Shown here: piece after piece, positions 1 to 8,688 of the stretch
Layout: each line of letters opens with the position of its first letter
Numbering within the stretch: the stretch's first letter is position 1
Origin: an uncultured Gammaproteobacteria bacterium
GTDB lineage: Bacteria; Pseudomonadota; Gammaproteobacteria; JACCXJ01
Reading direction: 5' to 3'
DNA: 64,000 bases
Assembly (NCBI GenBank): GCA_963764725.1
Contig: CAVXTM010000012.1
Coordinates: 320,001-384,000 of the forward strand
Position numbers and translations under genes: made by a program
The notes under the pieces: generated by a model
Database searches by the model: none
What the model saw: the letters and a program-made list of their open reading frames with translations, nothing else
Told to the model about the DNA's origin: nothing

Positions 1-800
1 ACAGACGAATCTATCTGCCAAGCCATAGTATTTAAGTCTGATGAGCAGATAAGTGAAAATTCCCAAAACCGCTGTTGTGGTAGTGCTCATTACCAAGGTG
101 ACCAATAAAAACCCCTGAACGGCAGTTCGTTTGGTATGCAAGGCATATATCCAAAAAGGGAGGATTGTGAACGCATACATTGAAGGTTCTTGCGTTAGAC
201 TTTTGAGCCTCTGGAGCGTTAATGGTCCCATATGGATCGTTTGAAACCAGCTGCCAGTACGCTTCTCACCGAATAACTGTCCGGTGTCAAAACCTCGGTT
301 ACTAAGAAAGTCGCCGCTGCTTCCAATCACCAAAAAATAAACACATTCATAAACACCATACAAACCTAAGACTGTGGCCCCGACAAAAATATATTTGTCC
401 CATGCCTCGCAATATAAATGTTTCACGAAAAAAAAAGCGACGCACCCGCCAGCAAATACAGAGACTGGGTGAACATCGTTTTTCTCATTAATATGCTGGT
501 ATCAGTATCCAATGAATCCGTTAGCGGTAAATGGACCGGAAAATAGGTGATGGATGAAAACGCCAGGCTTAATTGCGCGAGTGCATTAAGGGCCACAAAC
601 CAAAAGGAAGCTAAAGCTAAATCATAAAAGAACGGTAATATCTTCTCTCTAGGAATGATGAGCAGACTTACCGGCGGAGATATAGCGGCGAGCGCGAATA
701 AATAGCCGGGCGTCGTCCCTTGCATAGTGGGTAATAGCACTACTGACGTTATCGGTAGCACTATTGCCCAAGCAGCAAAATAAATATCATGTCGAGACAT
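1..800 (-). pseudogene. Wzy/O-antigen polymerase-like multi-TM protein, frameshifted in an A9 run; runs off the window edge
   Basis: Hydrophobic ORF 423..800 stops just after the A9 tract at 428-436. One extra base restores a frame open to position 1 (FFVKHLYCEAWDK...RLKSLTQEPSMYAFTILPFWIYAL), with the R..S...EPS motif typical of Wzy/O-antigen ligase-like proteins. Confidence 0.6.
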
Positions 801-807
801 AGATTAT

Positions 808-920
808 CTTCAAAAATGCTGTGTTCTCAGGTAATCCGCGTAGCGTGAGAGCTATGAGCGCAAGAATCGGGTTAGCGTAACTGCCTGCGGGAGATACGGA
901 ACTTCCGGCAACAAGCAAGC
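808..920 (-). pseudogene. C-terminal remnant of a GMC-family oxidoreductase
   Basis: Minus strand reads LLVAGSSVSPAGSYANPILALIALTLR, matching the GMC C-terminal motif (VAGSSVFP.G..NPTLT..AL..R). Confidence 0.55.
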
Positions 921-990
921 AAGAAGTAAACGCGAATTTTCCATACCGGCGCAGCAAACTACAGAGCTCCGACGCGAGTATGGCAGCCTA

Positions 991-2067
991 TTAATGCGCG
1001 TGAAAGTCGCGTTTTAATAAAGTGGCATGTAGCGCGGTCGCTTCGGCGACCAACACGTCAGGGAACATGTCCGTTTCCGTAGGCTCTTTTGCTTCTTTGA
1101 AGAGTTGTATGCTTGGATCCAGGTCGGGAGTATGCCCACCAATTACCTCGAAAATCCTGTGTAATGATTCGTCAGGGAAAGCGCATAAGCGTTCAAAAGA
1201 AATAAAATGGACGTTTCCAAAGGATTGCTGTGCAAGATGCGTGAAGGCAATGAGCCAGTATTTCAGCCAATAGGTCGGGTTTAGGGGATCAAGTGCCTTC
1301 AGGGATTCACTGCCCGGAAACAGCAAGGGGCGATGCAGATCACCAAATTCCAGATGTCCAATGTCTTCCATGTAGGTCTTGACGAAACGGTTTTTGGCAT
1401 GCAACTCGGTAAAATTCAGATGCTGCTTGTGCAGGGAAAACGCGTGGCTGATGGGGTTTCTGACGGGAATGAAAATCACGCTCCCTGGCAGTAGGTTGGA
1501 GAGGTAGGCTATACGACTAATATTCGCATTATTTTTAGAAGTATAACGCTTTGCAAGGCCTTTCGCTGCTTCAGAGAAAATTATTTTCTTCATGTGCTGC
1601 ATGAAAAAGTCTTCAAAATCAGCGTTGTGTTCCTGCCCAGTGATGAGGTGAATGTTTTCTGGTGGGAATTTTTCCTTCCAGAAATACTTCCATATCATTT
1701 CCTCAAACGCCTCCGGGCTGTCGAACCCAATAAAAATGCCATCGCCGTGGGCACGCTCGTGCATATCGCTATTTTTCTGAAAGTTGCGGAACATTTTTTG
1801 CCACAGTATCGGGCATAACACGAAAGGCATGTTGCGGTACGTGTGGGTAGCAAACAGCCCGGTTTTATAGAGTGCTTCGAGCAGAATCGTGGTGCCTGCC
1901 CGTGGCAGGGAGGTGATAAATACCGGCTTGGATGCATCGATGAACTCAAGGTCTTTCCTGTAGAGCGTATCTTCGATTTCCGAGAGACTGCGTTGCAGCG
2001 CAACTTTGCGAAACGCCAGACCGTGGATGAGTTTATCAAACGTTGAATAGTTGCTGCCGGCACTCAT
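991..2067 (-). CDS. PAPS-dependent sulfotransferase
   Basis: 5'-PSB motif PVFITSLPRAGTTILLE, YTSKNNAN and RNP. Likely start MSAGSNY at 2067 overlaps the upstream stop codon (ATGA). Confidence 0.85.
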   Translation of the reverse strand: MSAGSNYSTFDKLIHGLAFRKVALQRSLSEIEDTLYRKDLEFIDASKPVFITSLPRAGTTILLEALYKTGLFATHTYRNMPFVLCPILWQKMFRNFQKNSDMHERAHGDGIFIGFDSPEAFEEMIWKYFWKEKFPPENIHLITGQEHNADFEDFFMQHMKKIIFSEAAKGLAKRYTSKNNANISRIAYLSNLLPGSVIFIPVRNPISHAFSLHKQHLNFTELHAKNRFVKTYMEDIGHLEFGDLHRPLLFPGSESLKALDPLNPTYWLKYWLIAFTHLAQQSFGNVHFISFERLCAFPDESLHRIFEVIGGHTPDLDPSIQLFKEAKEPTETDMFPDVLVAEATALHATLLKRDFHAH

Positions 2068-2438
2068 CCTTTGCGCCACGGATAAAAGATTACAAGCGTC
2101 AACAATGATGAGAAAACGATTCCCTCCCATGTTTGAAAATAGTCGATGACGTGCTGAGCGTAAGGTAGCTCCAACAAATGGATAATGATGAGGGGGAGGC
2201 TCGCGAGCAATGCGGATAAGACGAACACTCCTAGGACGTTGAGCAGGGCCCGGAAAAGTTTTAGAAGAAAGACCTGGACGGCTTTTTCTTTCTGTTCGTC
2301 AGTAAGATTATGATCCCGTATGCAGGCTAGGGAGGCGTTCATGACCTGAAACATCGTTGATACCGCCGCAACGATTTTAAAATAACGCAAGAGGAGAGAG
2401 AAGGACAGAACGACAAGAGTGCAAAGAGCGAGTGTCAC
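2064..2438 (-). CDS. Small membrane protein (~3 TM) coupled to the sulfotransferase
   Basis: Hydrophobic 124-aa ORF that overlaps both neighbours at start/stop. Confidence 0.7.
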   Translation of the reverse strand: MTLALCTLVVLSFSLLLRYFKIVAAVSTMFQVMNASLACIRDHNLTDEQKEKAVQVFLLKLFRALLNVLGVFVLSALLASLPLIIIHLLELPYAQHVIDYFQTWEGIVFSSLLTLVIFYPWRKG

Positions 2439-2719
2439 TATTTTTGGGCAGGTTCTACGGGGTGTTCTCTCCTTTTTCCAGCGTGTTTCTCACGCGGGAC
2501 GGTTCCGACGGGCTCTGATTGTTTGCGTTTAGTGATCAGCCGCTTTATGGGGTACCAAAGGAAGCCGAAGATGGCGAGAAAGATCAGGCCAAGAAACGCA
2601 AGGACACTGCCGATAACGGTAAGGCCTGCGCCTGGCCCAACATATGCCAATGCTGGTTCCGCGGTTAAGAGTGACAAAAGTAAAAAGCATAAAAATGGAG
2701 ATGTTAATTGTCCTGTCAT
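2438..2719 (-). CDS. Small signal-peptide/TM protein with AYVGPGAG motif
   Basis: Signal peptide ending in ALA, then YVGPGAG, a TM helix and WYPIKR. Operonic position. Confidence 0.7.
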   Translation of the reverse strand: MTGQLTSPFLCFLLLSLLTAEPALAYVGPGAGLTVIGSVLAFLGLIFLAIFGFLWYPIKRLITKRKQSEPVGTVPREKHAGKRREHPVEPAQK

Positions 2720-2728
2720 GGCTGTTTC

Positions 2729-4018
2729 CTATTTTGCAGTACTTGCACATTCGGGTAGTTCTCTTTCAAAAAAATCATCTGCCACCCACGTAGCCTTGTT
2801 TATCACGCCATTATTCTGTTCATCATAGATATTTTGATATTCCCACACAATCTGTGAATCGCCATTGACCTCAAACGCACGGCCATCCTGGGGCTCCGTA
2901 ATAAAAATATTTCCGTTAGGAAGATATTCATGTACCCCACGCATATAAGTATAAAAAGGCTGTTCATCCGTTCCTGCAAACACGGTTTCGATTGCCCTTG
3001 TTTTAGGATCAACCGTTACAATGCTGGAATGTTTTCCATACATGTTGTTGTCGAATACGGAGATTACCCCGGTTGCCAAAAAAACTGGATCATGCTGGCG
3101 ATGCCAAGGACCAGCTTGCCACCATTTCGTGACGCCTGTCTCAGCATCAATCACGCTTACGAGGTTGATATTTCTGAAACTGAGCATCAGATCACCCACG
3201 TTAAACATCGGGAAAGCTTCGGACAATTCGGGGGTCAACACATCAATGTCATTGGGGTGGAATGGGTTTTCCAGCATCGGGGCACTCGCACTTTCATCCG
3301 ACTTACGCGCACCGTATATCCCCCATGCGTCATGTTTAAGAATAATGTCATCAAACAAGGATAGTTCTTTCAACACCTTCCCCGTGGCAAGATCTACATT
3401 GACCAGGAAGCTTTTGGGTTCGCCCAAGTATCGCTCTTCGCTGTTTCGCCATGCCCAGACAGTGCCGTTCAGTCCTACCGAAACAATATGGTGATACTGC
3501 CCTGGAATATTCCAGATGATTTTTCCGCACGCATCCAAGTGTGCCAGAACATTACCGCCGTCAAAGGTAACAATGATGGAGCCGTTAGGGAACACCTGGA
3601 ACCCATGTAAAAACACATTTGTAGCCGACCTTCCGCTGCGATCAAGCGTTTCATAGTCGATCGGCCAGTAATGCAAGACCTTACCCGCATGGTCCATGAG
3701 GTAGGCGCCGTTAAGGGCGGATTCTGTTGGTGTTAGACCTGCGATGATTCGAAAACCCTGTTCCAAATGCCCTTCAGAGGCTTTAAGGCGTATTCTTTCT
3801 TGGTGGTGAGGTAACACTAAGTGGCGCGTGGGGCGACCACCAAGATCATTCTTGAGATGTTCGAACTGATCCCGAAGCTCGTTCCTGGTTTCTCTGATCA
3901 GATAGAACGGAAATACCTGATAAGTGCCAACAAATAGTCCGTAGAAAAAGACTACCACAAACGTGAGCAAGGAAAAGAAAATGATCGAAAATTTAAAAAG
4001 CGTTTTGCTAAGATCCAT
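2729..4018 (-). CDS. Arylsulfotransferase (ASST)-like beta-propeller, membrane anchored
   Basis: N-terminal TM anchor and ASST-type His motifs YHH, FHPNDID, RQHDP, FDNN, PNGNIFITE. Confidence 0.8.
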   Translation of the reverse strand: MDLSKTLFKFSIIFFSLLTFVVVFFYGLFVGTYQVFPFYLIRETRNELRDQFEHLKNDLGGRPTRHLVLPHHQERIRLKASEGHLEQGFRIIAGLTPTESALNGAYLMDHAGKVLHYWPIDYETLDRSGRSATNVFLHGFQVFPNGSIIVTFDGGNVLAHLDACGKIIWNIPGQYHHIVSVGLNGTVWAWRNSEERYLGEPKSFLVNVDLATGKVLKELSLFDDIILKHDAWGIYGARKSDESASAPMLENPFHPNDIDVLTPELSEAFPMFNVGDLMLSFRNINLVSVIDAETGVTKWWQAGPWHRQHDPVFLATGVISVFDNNMYGKHSSIVTVDPKTRAIETVFAGTDEQPFYTYMRGVHEYLPNGNIFITEPQDGRAFEVNGDSQIVWEYQNIYDEQNNGVINKATWVADDFFERELPECASTAK

Positions 4019-4039
4019 CGTTACGCCTTGGTTCGTTAG

Positions 4040-4200
4040 TATGAGGTGGCTCCGGTTGTCTGAAGGGAAATGGGGTTTAGTAGGTGGAACCGCTGCCGCA
4101 GGTTGTTGATGACCGCCGCCGCGCCTCTACCACGGTGTATTACCCGGGGTCTTTACTCCACCGCGCCCTCCGAGTACAAGACGGAAGTAAGAGATCCGAA
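4040..4200 (-). mobile_element. Possible IS3-family terminal remnant
   Basis: Minus strand ends ...ttcagacaaccggagccacctca, resembling an IS3-family right end. No intact ORF. Confidence 0.25.
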
Positions 4201-4204
4201 AAAT

Positions 4205-5160
4205 CTAAGGTGACATTCTGCGAGCCGGATGATGGCGTGCTTCCCGTCCACGGCGCGGAGTCTCCCTCTCCGCCGCCTGAAACGCTGCAAAGCTCGGCTT
4301 CTTGGTATTGTTGCTCCGTAGCAGGCCAAAATTCCCTTTCTTTGCATCTTTTAACTGAAACCACCAGATGCCTTCAAGAAACGGCACCGACGGCGCCCGC
4401 TTGAAGAGTTCAGTGATATAGTCGGCCCCAAGCTGCTCACTTGCTGGCGTGGCGTTATTGTGAAACCCAGCTTCACTCACCAGGATAGGTATAGTCCTCC
4501 CAGTCTTTTGTTTGACGAGGTCCTCTCTGGCGTTGATAACTTCAAAAAACTTATCAACGCCGACCGATGCGGGTGCAGCGGATGGAACATGGCCCGGCCA
4601 GTTTTGCCGGTAGACGTAGAGGTGCAAGGACAACATATCCATGCAATCCCCCGCACCAGCGTCGAGCATTCCTCTAACAAAAGGTTCGTTCGCTCCCGCA
4701 ACGGAACCGCCGACAACTATGGCATTCGGCCGAACCGCCTTGATAGCATTGTAGGTTCTGCAGAGCAGGTCGGTATACATGGCGGCATCGTTGCAGGGCG
4801 GCTCCTTCCAATTGCAACCGAGACCGAACCCTCCATTCCATTCGTTCCAAACTTCGTAATATTTGACTTTGCTACCGTATGTTTGAACGAGTTGAGCAGA
4901 GCGGTCAGCGTAACACTGCCTTCCGCTTGCCGTTTTCGCGTTGCATCCAACGCCGTAACCAAGCATAAAAAGAACCGACTTGCCGTTTTGAGCAGCCCAA
5001 TTGACGCCGAAATCGTGGTTCCCGTGGTTGTACGCTAGCCGTATAGAGTGAGCGCCGAGCTCCTTGGTAAACTGCTGGCCTGCCGCGTCAAAGGTGCCTG
5101 CGTGCTGTTGGACATTGAGGCCGACGACAGGTTGCCCAGGGGGTGGACGGGGTGTTGATG
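4205..5160 (-). CDS. Clan GH-A glycoside hydrolase (GH5/GH39-like), copy 1; N-terminus lost, possibly a pseudogene
   Basis: Motifs YYEVWNEWN (acid/base), LSLHLY, VSEAGF (nucleophile), FGLLR..KPSF. Only a Pro-linker stub (PRPPPGQPVVGLN) remains; the ORF start at 5272 lies in unrelated duplicated DNA. Confidence 0.75.
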
Positions 5161-5162
5161 AT

Positions 5163-5600
5163 GTGCATGCCGTCATGCTCAAGATCACCTCCAGAACGGC
5201 CCATCGAGAACTCCTGGACTGAATAGACTCCCCTTTCTTAAGGCATTTCTTTAAAATATTAGTTAATAGCATTGTCTACAGAGGGTTTTTCTACGCTAGT
5301 GGTCTTCCTACTCGCATGATGCTCACTTCGCTATTAGTTTCTCGACAACGGCCCATACGCTGATGTCGCAGCCTTGTCCCAACTGTACTTGGCGCTTGTT
5401 TCAATCCTTTACGCCCGCATGTCGTCCTGTTTTCCGCGGTCATGTAACACTTGCGCAATTTTTTTCTGCGATATCTGTAGGGTCGTAAGGATATCAAATT
5501 TCGCCGAGCCGATTATTCCAATGCCACGGGCCACTGCTTATTGGGTGGTCAGACTGCTTACAGCGAGAACGAATGGCCCATCCCCAGTCCCCGTTCTTTG
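5163..5600 (-). pseudogene. Glycosyltransferase family 4 remnant; 5163-5492 is a diverged duplicate of ~19343-19690
   Basis: PYDPTDIAEK...MRRKGLKQA-type C-terminus and a PFVLAVSSL fragment. Visible nucleotide similarity to the 19.3-19.7 kb segment. Confidence 0.6.
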
Positions 5601-5746
5601 TAATATCGTGTTATCGGGCGTTTGCGCTGAGAGTCAGCCCCTGCAGGCAGACCTCGGAGGGCCAGACGCAGCCTCCATCTCCTATGCAGCTTCCACAAGA
5701 AAGCTCATCCCTCCATGAGCCTCCTTCCTGTTCCTCTGCGGCACAC

Positions 5747-5903
5747 TGATATTTGCAGTCCCATCTCGTATGACTGAAACTTTGATATTTTTTCATCTGT
5801 GAATCCCCTTCCTTGGCGGAGATCGGAGATTCACACCGACCGTAGTACCGGTCAAACCGCGGTGAGTCCCCCGGCAAAGCCGGGAGCTTACCTCACTGAG
5901 TTA
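5747..5903 (-). mobile_element. IS200/IS605-family left-end remnant with tnpA start
   Basis: Encodes MKKYQSFSHTRWDCKY and has the hairpin cccccggcaaagccggga. Nearly identical to 53779-53936. Confidence 0.8.
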
Positions 5904-5913
5904 ACTGGTAACA

Positions 5914-5955
5914 GGTGCGAGGGATTCAGTCGATTCCTGAAGGGCCCCTCGCACC
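5914..5955. terminator. Hairpin downstream of GH copy 2
   Basis: 10-bp inverted repeat ggtgcgaggg / ccctcgcacc. No clear U-tract. Confidence 0.3.
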
Positions 5956-6114
5956 ATACATAATACCAGCCACGATAGGTTAACGAAACCGCCTTATTTC
6001 GCTGCTTCCGTGATATTGATATTGGCAACGGAGGACCGGATGATCCGAGGGGTACTCGAGCCGGCCACATTGATCGCATTACTACCGGTGTAATGCGTCA
6101 TAGAGGTCCAATGA

Positions 6115-7362
6115 TCAATAGATACTAATATCGCGTGCAACTGCCTTATATGCATCAAAGGCCGGCTTTTTGGTGTCATTGCCACGTAGTAGGCCGAACG
6201 TGGTCCCTATAATTGGGTTATCCTTCAGCTGAAACCACCAGATCCCTTCAAGAAACGGCACCGCCGCCGCTCGCCTATAGAGTTCGGTGAGAAACTCTGC
6301 CTCAAGCCTGTCGGGCCCATCGCCATTGCCGTGGAACCCGGTTTCAGTCAGGATGACGGGGATATCCTTCCCTGTCCTTGCTTTGAAAAGGTTATATCTG
6401 GCGGTCATGATGTCAATTACACTCTGGGCGCCAACCGCTCCGGGCGCGTTGGCCGGAACATGACCCGGTAGGTTTTGCCGGTATGGGTAGTAGTGCAAGG
6501 ACAGCACATCCATGCAGTCTCCCGCGCCGTTATCAAGTATTCCTCTCAAAGCAGTCTCGCTCGCTCCCGCAATTACCCCGCCGGCTACTCTGGCATTCGG
6601 CGCAACTGCCTTGATTGCATCATAGGTCCGGCAGAGGAGATCTGTATACTCGGCGGAGCGCGGTTGGTTCTGTTTCCAATCGCCATACGGGCCGAACTGG
6701 CCATGCCATTCGTTCCAGACTTCGTAGTATTCGACCTTGTTGCCGTATGTTTGAACGAGTTGAGCGGAGCGGTCCGCGTAACACTGCCTCCCGCTTGCCG
6801 TTTTCGCATTACACCCTTTGCCGTAACCGAGCATGAGAACAACCGACTTGCCGTTTTGAGCAGCCCACTCGATGTTATTTTTTTCGTGAGGAAACTCTGT
6901 GCGCACGGAATGCGCCCCCAGCTCGAGAGTGAACGACTTAAAGGCGTCGTCAATCACCCTCGCCGGCGCCGGATTGAGGCCGACGACAATCTGTGGAGGG
7001 GGTGGAGGGGGTGGAGGAAGTGCGACTAGCACTTTAACCGCCGCCGAGACGTTCTTAGTAGTCCCGGCACAAGTCAATTTATAGGTTTGGCTGGAGGTGA
7101 TATTCTTAACGGTCTGGCTACCCGACGTGCCTTTGCTTCCCGACCATCCGCCGCTCGCCGTACATGATTTGGTATTTTGAGAGGCCCACGATAACGTTGC
7201 GTTGCCGCCTTTGCCTACCTTTACGGGGTTCGCTTTCAATGATAAAGCGGGAAGCGGCGCTGCGTAGGTAGCCGCCGGTAAAAAGAGAAATAACATGATT
7301 CCCAACATCACCGTTGAACCTAAAGTCCTGGTGACGTTGAGGCGTGATGTAATATCAAACAT
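6115..7362 (-). CDS. Secreted clan GH-A glycoside hydrolase, copy 2: signal peptide, Ig-like domain, poly-Pro linker, catalytic domain
   Basis: ATG at 7362 follows the SD AAGGAGG. Signal peptide ends ...AATYA. Two-Cys Ig-like domain (ATLSWASQNTKSCTASGGWSG..YKLTC), P8 linker, then WNEW, LSLHYY and LTETG motifs. Confidence 0.85.
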   Translation of the reverse strand: MFDITSRLNVTRTLGSTVMLGIMLFLFLPAATYAAPLPALSLKANPVKVGKGGNATLSWASQNTKSCTASGGWSGSKGTSGSQTVKNITSSQTYKLTCAGTTKNVSAAVKVLVALPPPPPPPPQIVVGLNPAPARVIDDAFKSFTLELGAHSVRTEFPHEKNNIEWAAQNGKSVVLMLGYGKGCNAKTASGRQCYADRSAQLVQTYGNKVEYYEVWNEWHGQFGPYGDWKQNQPRSAEYTDLLCRTYDAIKAVAPNARVAGGVIAGASETALRGILDNGAGDCMDVLSLHYYPYRQNLPGHVPANAPGAVGAQSVIDIMTARYNLFKARTGKDIPVILTETGFHGNGDGPDRLEAEFLTELYRRAAAVPFLEGIWWFQLKDNPIIGTTFGLLRGNDTKKPAFDAYKAVARDISIY

Positions 7363-7364
7363 TT

Positions 7365-7425
7365 CAGTACCTCCTTGTTTTGCTGATAGGTGCCTGACGA
7401 AACGCCCAGCACACAGGAGGTACTG
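7365..7425 (-). promoter_or_regulatory. Anti-SD/SD sequestering hairpin (riboswitch expression platform)
   Basis: Perfect 11-bp inverted repeat cagtacctcct (7365-7375) / aggaggtactg (7415-7425). One arm is the SD of the 7362 ATG. Confidence 0.75.
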
Positions 7426-7432
7426 TTGGATC

Positions 7433-7525
7433 GCCTGGCAACCCTGCGACCATGCCCTCATCCATGGAGGGGTTAGGCCAGTAGTTTTGCGTCCCATCCT
7501 TTCGGATGGTTTGCCTTTTTCAGTG
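7433..7525 (-). ncRNA. c-di-GMP-I (GEMM-I) riboswitch aptamer
   Basis: Minus strand GGCAAACCATCCGAAAGGATGGGACGCAAAACTACTGGCCTAA...GGTCGCAGGGTTGCCA matches the GEMM consensus: GAAA tetraloop, GACGCAAA junction, CCTAA/ATGG receptor and 3' GTTGCC. Confidence 0.9.
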
Positions 7526-7733
7526 CTGTCTATATCTCTTGAGGTGTTGATCCACCTCGCGAGAAACATCGCTCGAACGCGAATCTATCGGCGCTCGCTT
7601 CTGAAGCTTTAGTAGCGGTTCCTGGGCCGTTGTCCGATGAAAACGTTTCTGGTCTTACGGTACGCCGCGGCTGTTAACCGGACTTGTAACCGATCATAAG
7701 CACAGTATAATGCTTTAGTTAAACGTGCAAGAA

Positions 7734-7761
7734 TCTCCCTGAACGGAGCGGTTCAGGGAGA
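7734..7761. terminator. Perfect 11-bp hairpin upstream of the riboswitch leader
   Basis: tctccctgaac-ggagcg-gttcagggaga, followed by aaaat (a U-rich run precedes it on the minus strand). Confidence 0.35.
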
Positions 7762-7959
7762 AAATGTGTGATCTGAATTAAGGTTGTGACCTCGGGGTGC
7801 TAGTAGAGAGACTGCTCGACGGCGGGAAACCGAGGGACGTGAGCCAATCGCCCGCGGCTTGCTCGTCACACAGTGGTGGGCGGAGGTTCCCCTCTCCACT
7901 ATCTTCATTCCCGTGCTTGCTAACCGTGTTTCGAAATACCCATCCGTCCAAAACTCTCC

Positions 7960-8130
7960 TCCCCATAGCTCTGATCTTTAATCGGAGGAGATAAGCCGGA
8001 TGGAACACGGGCAAGTGGAAGCGACGATTGCGCAGGAGGGCAACGAGCTGCTCAGTCGTTTGCTGCATGGGCATACGGATTTAGGGGCAAAGACCGAGGA
8101 GAGATGCTTGGAGGTAGTAGGGGCCGACTT
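7960..8130 (+). mobile_element. ISKra4-like transposase N-terminal remnant
   Basis: MEHGQVEATIAQEGNELLSRLLHGHTDL...ERCLEVVGAD resembles ISKra4-family N-termini. Truncated. Confidence 0.5.
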
Positions 8131-8350
8131 CGAAGCGATCGACCTCGACTGGTGGATAGATCACCACCGACGTGCCGCCGTAGCACGTGCGTATCCGCTC
8201 CTGCACACATTTAGAGTTCTGAATGAAGAAGTCCATTCCTGTGCGGCGCGATAGTCCGAGGCACGTAGCCACGGAATGAAAAGCTTCGCGACGCCTCTTA
8301 GCGCAGCGCTTTGCACTTCGTTTGCGAGATAATGGTCTGCCAAAAAAACG
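8120..8350 (-). pseudogene. GT4 internal fragment
   Basis: DFFIQNSKCVQERIRTCYGGTSVVIYPPVEVDRF motif. Confidence 0.65.
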
Positions 8351-8688
8351 CGGTGGCGTGTGGCAGGGCGAGGATGATCCTCTTGTCATCTACCGGACTG
8401 GTGTCAGTATGGTGCCGATCTATGAATGGCGATGTAGTTCAAAATAAACCTCTTAGAAGTATGCTGGCTATGACAGGAACAACGCCGTAAAGCACGATAA
8501 ATTTGCGATAAAAGCGTATCGTGACACATAGCTGCTCCTTCACGATAGAATTTACGCGACGACGCAGGACGTGGGAATGAGAGGACGCTTATAAGATATG
8601 GCGGGCAGACGGTCAGGCATTCTTCCAAGTACACATACTCCGAAGCCTAGCAGGAACTATACGACATCTCCAAGTCTATCTCCTCTTA

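Noticed and set aside
6995-7020. Purine-rich ggagggggt repeats (possible G-quadruplex or microsatellite)
   Set aside because: Explained by the poly-Pro linker codons of GH copy 2.
7363-7569. N-terminal extension of ORF 6115..7569
   Set aside because: It overlaps the riboswitch. The strong SD and signal peptide point to ATG 7362.
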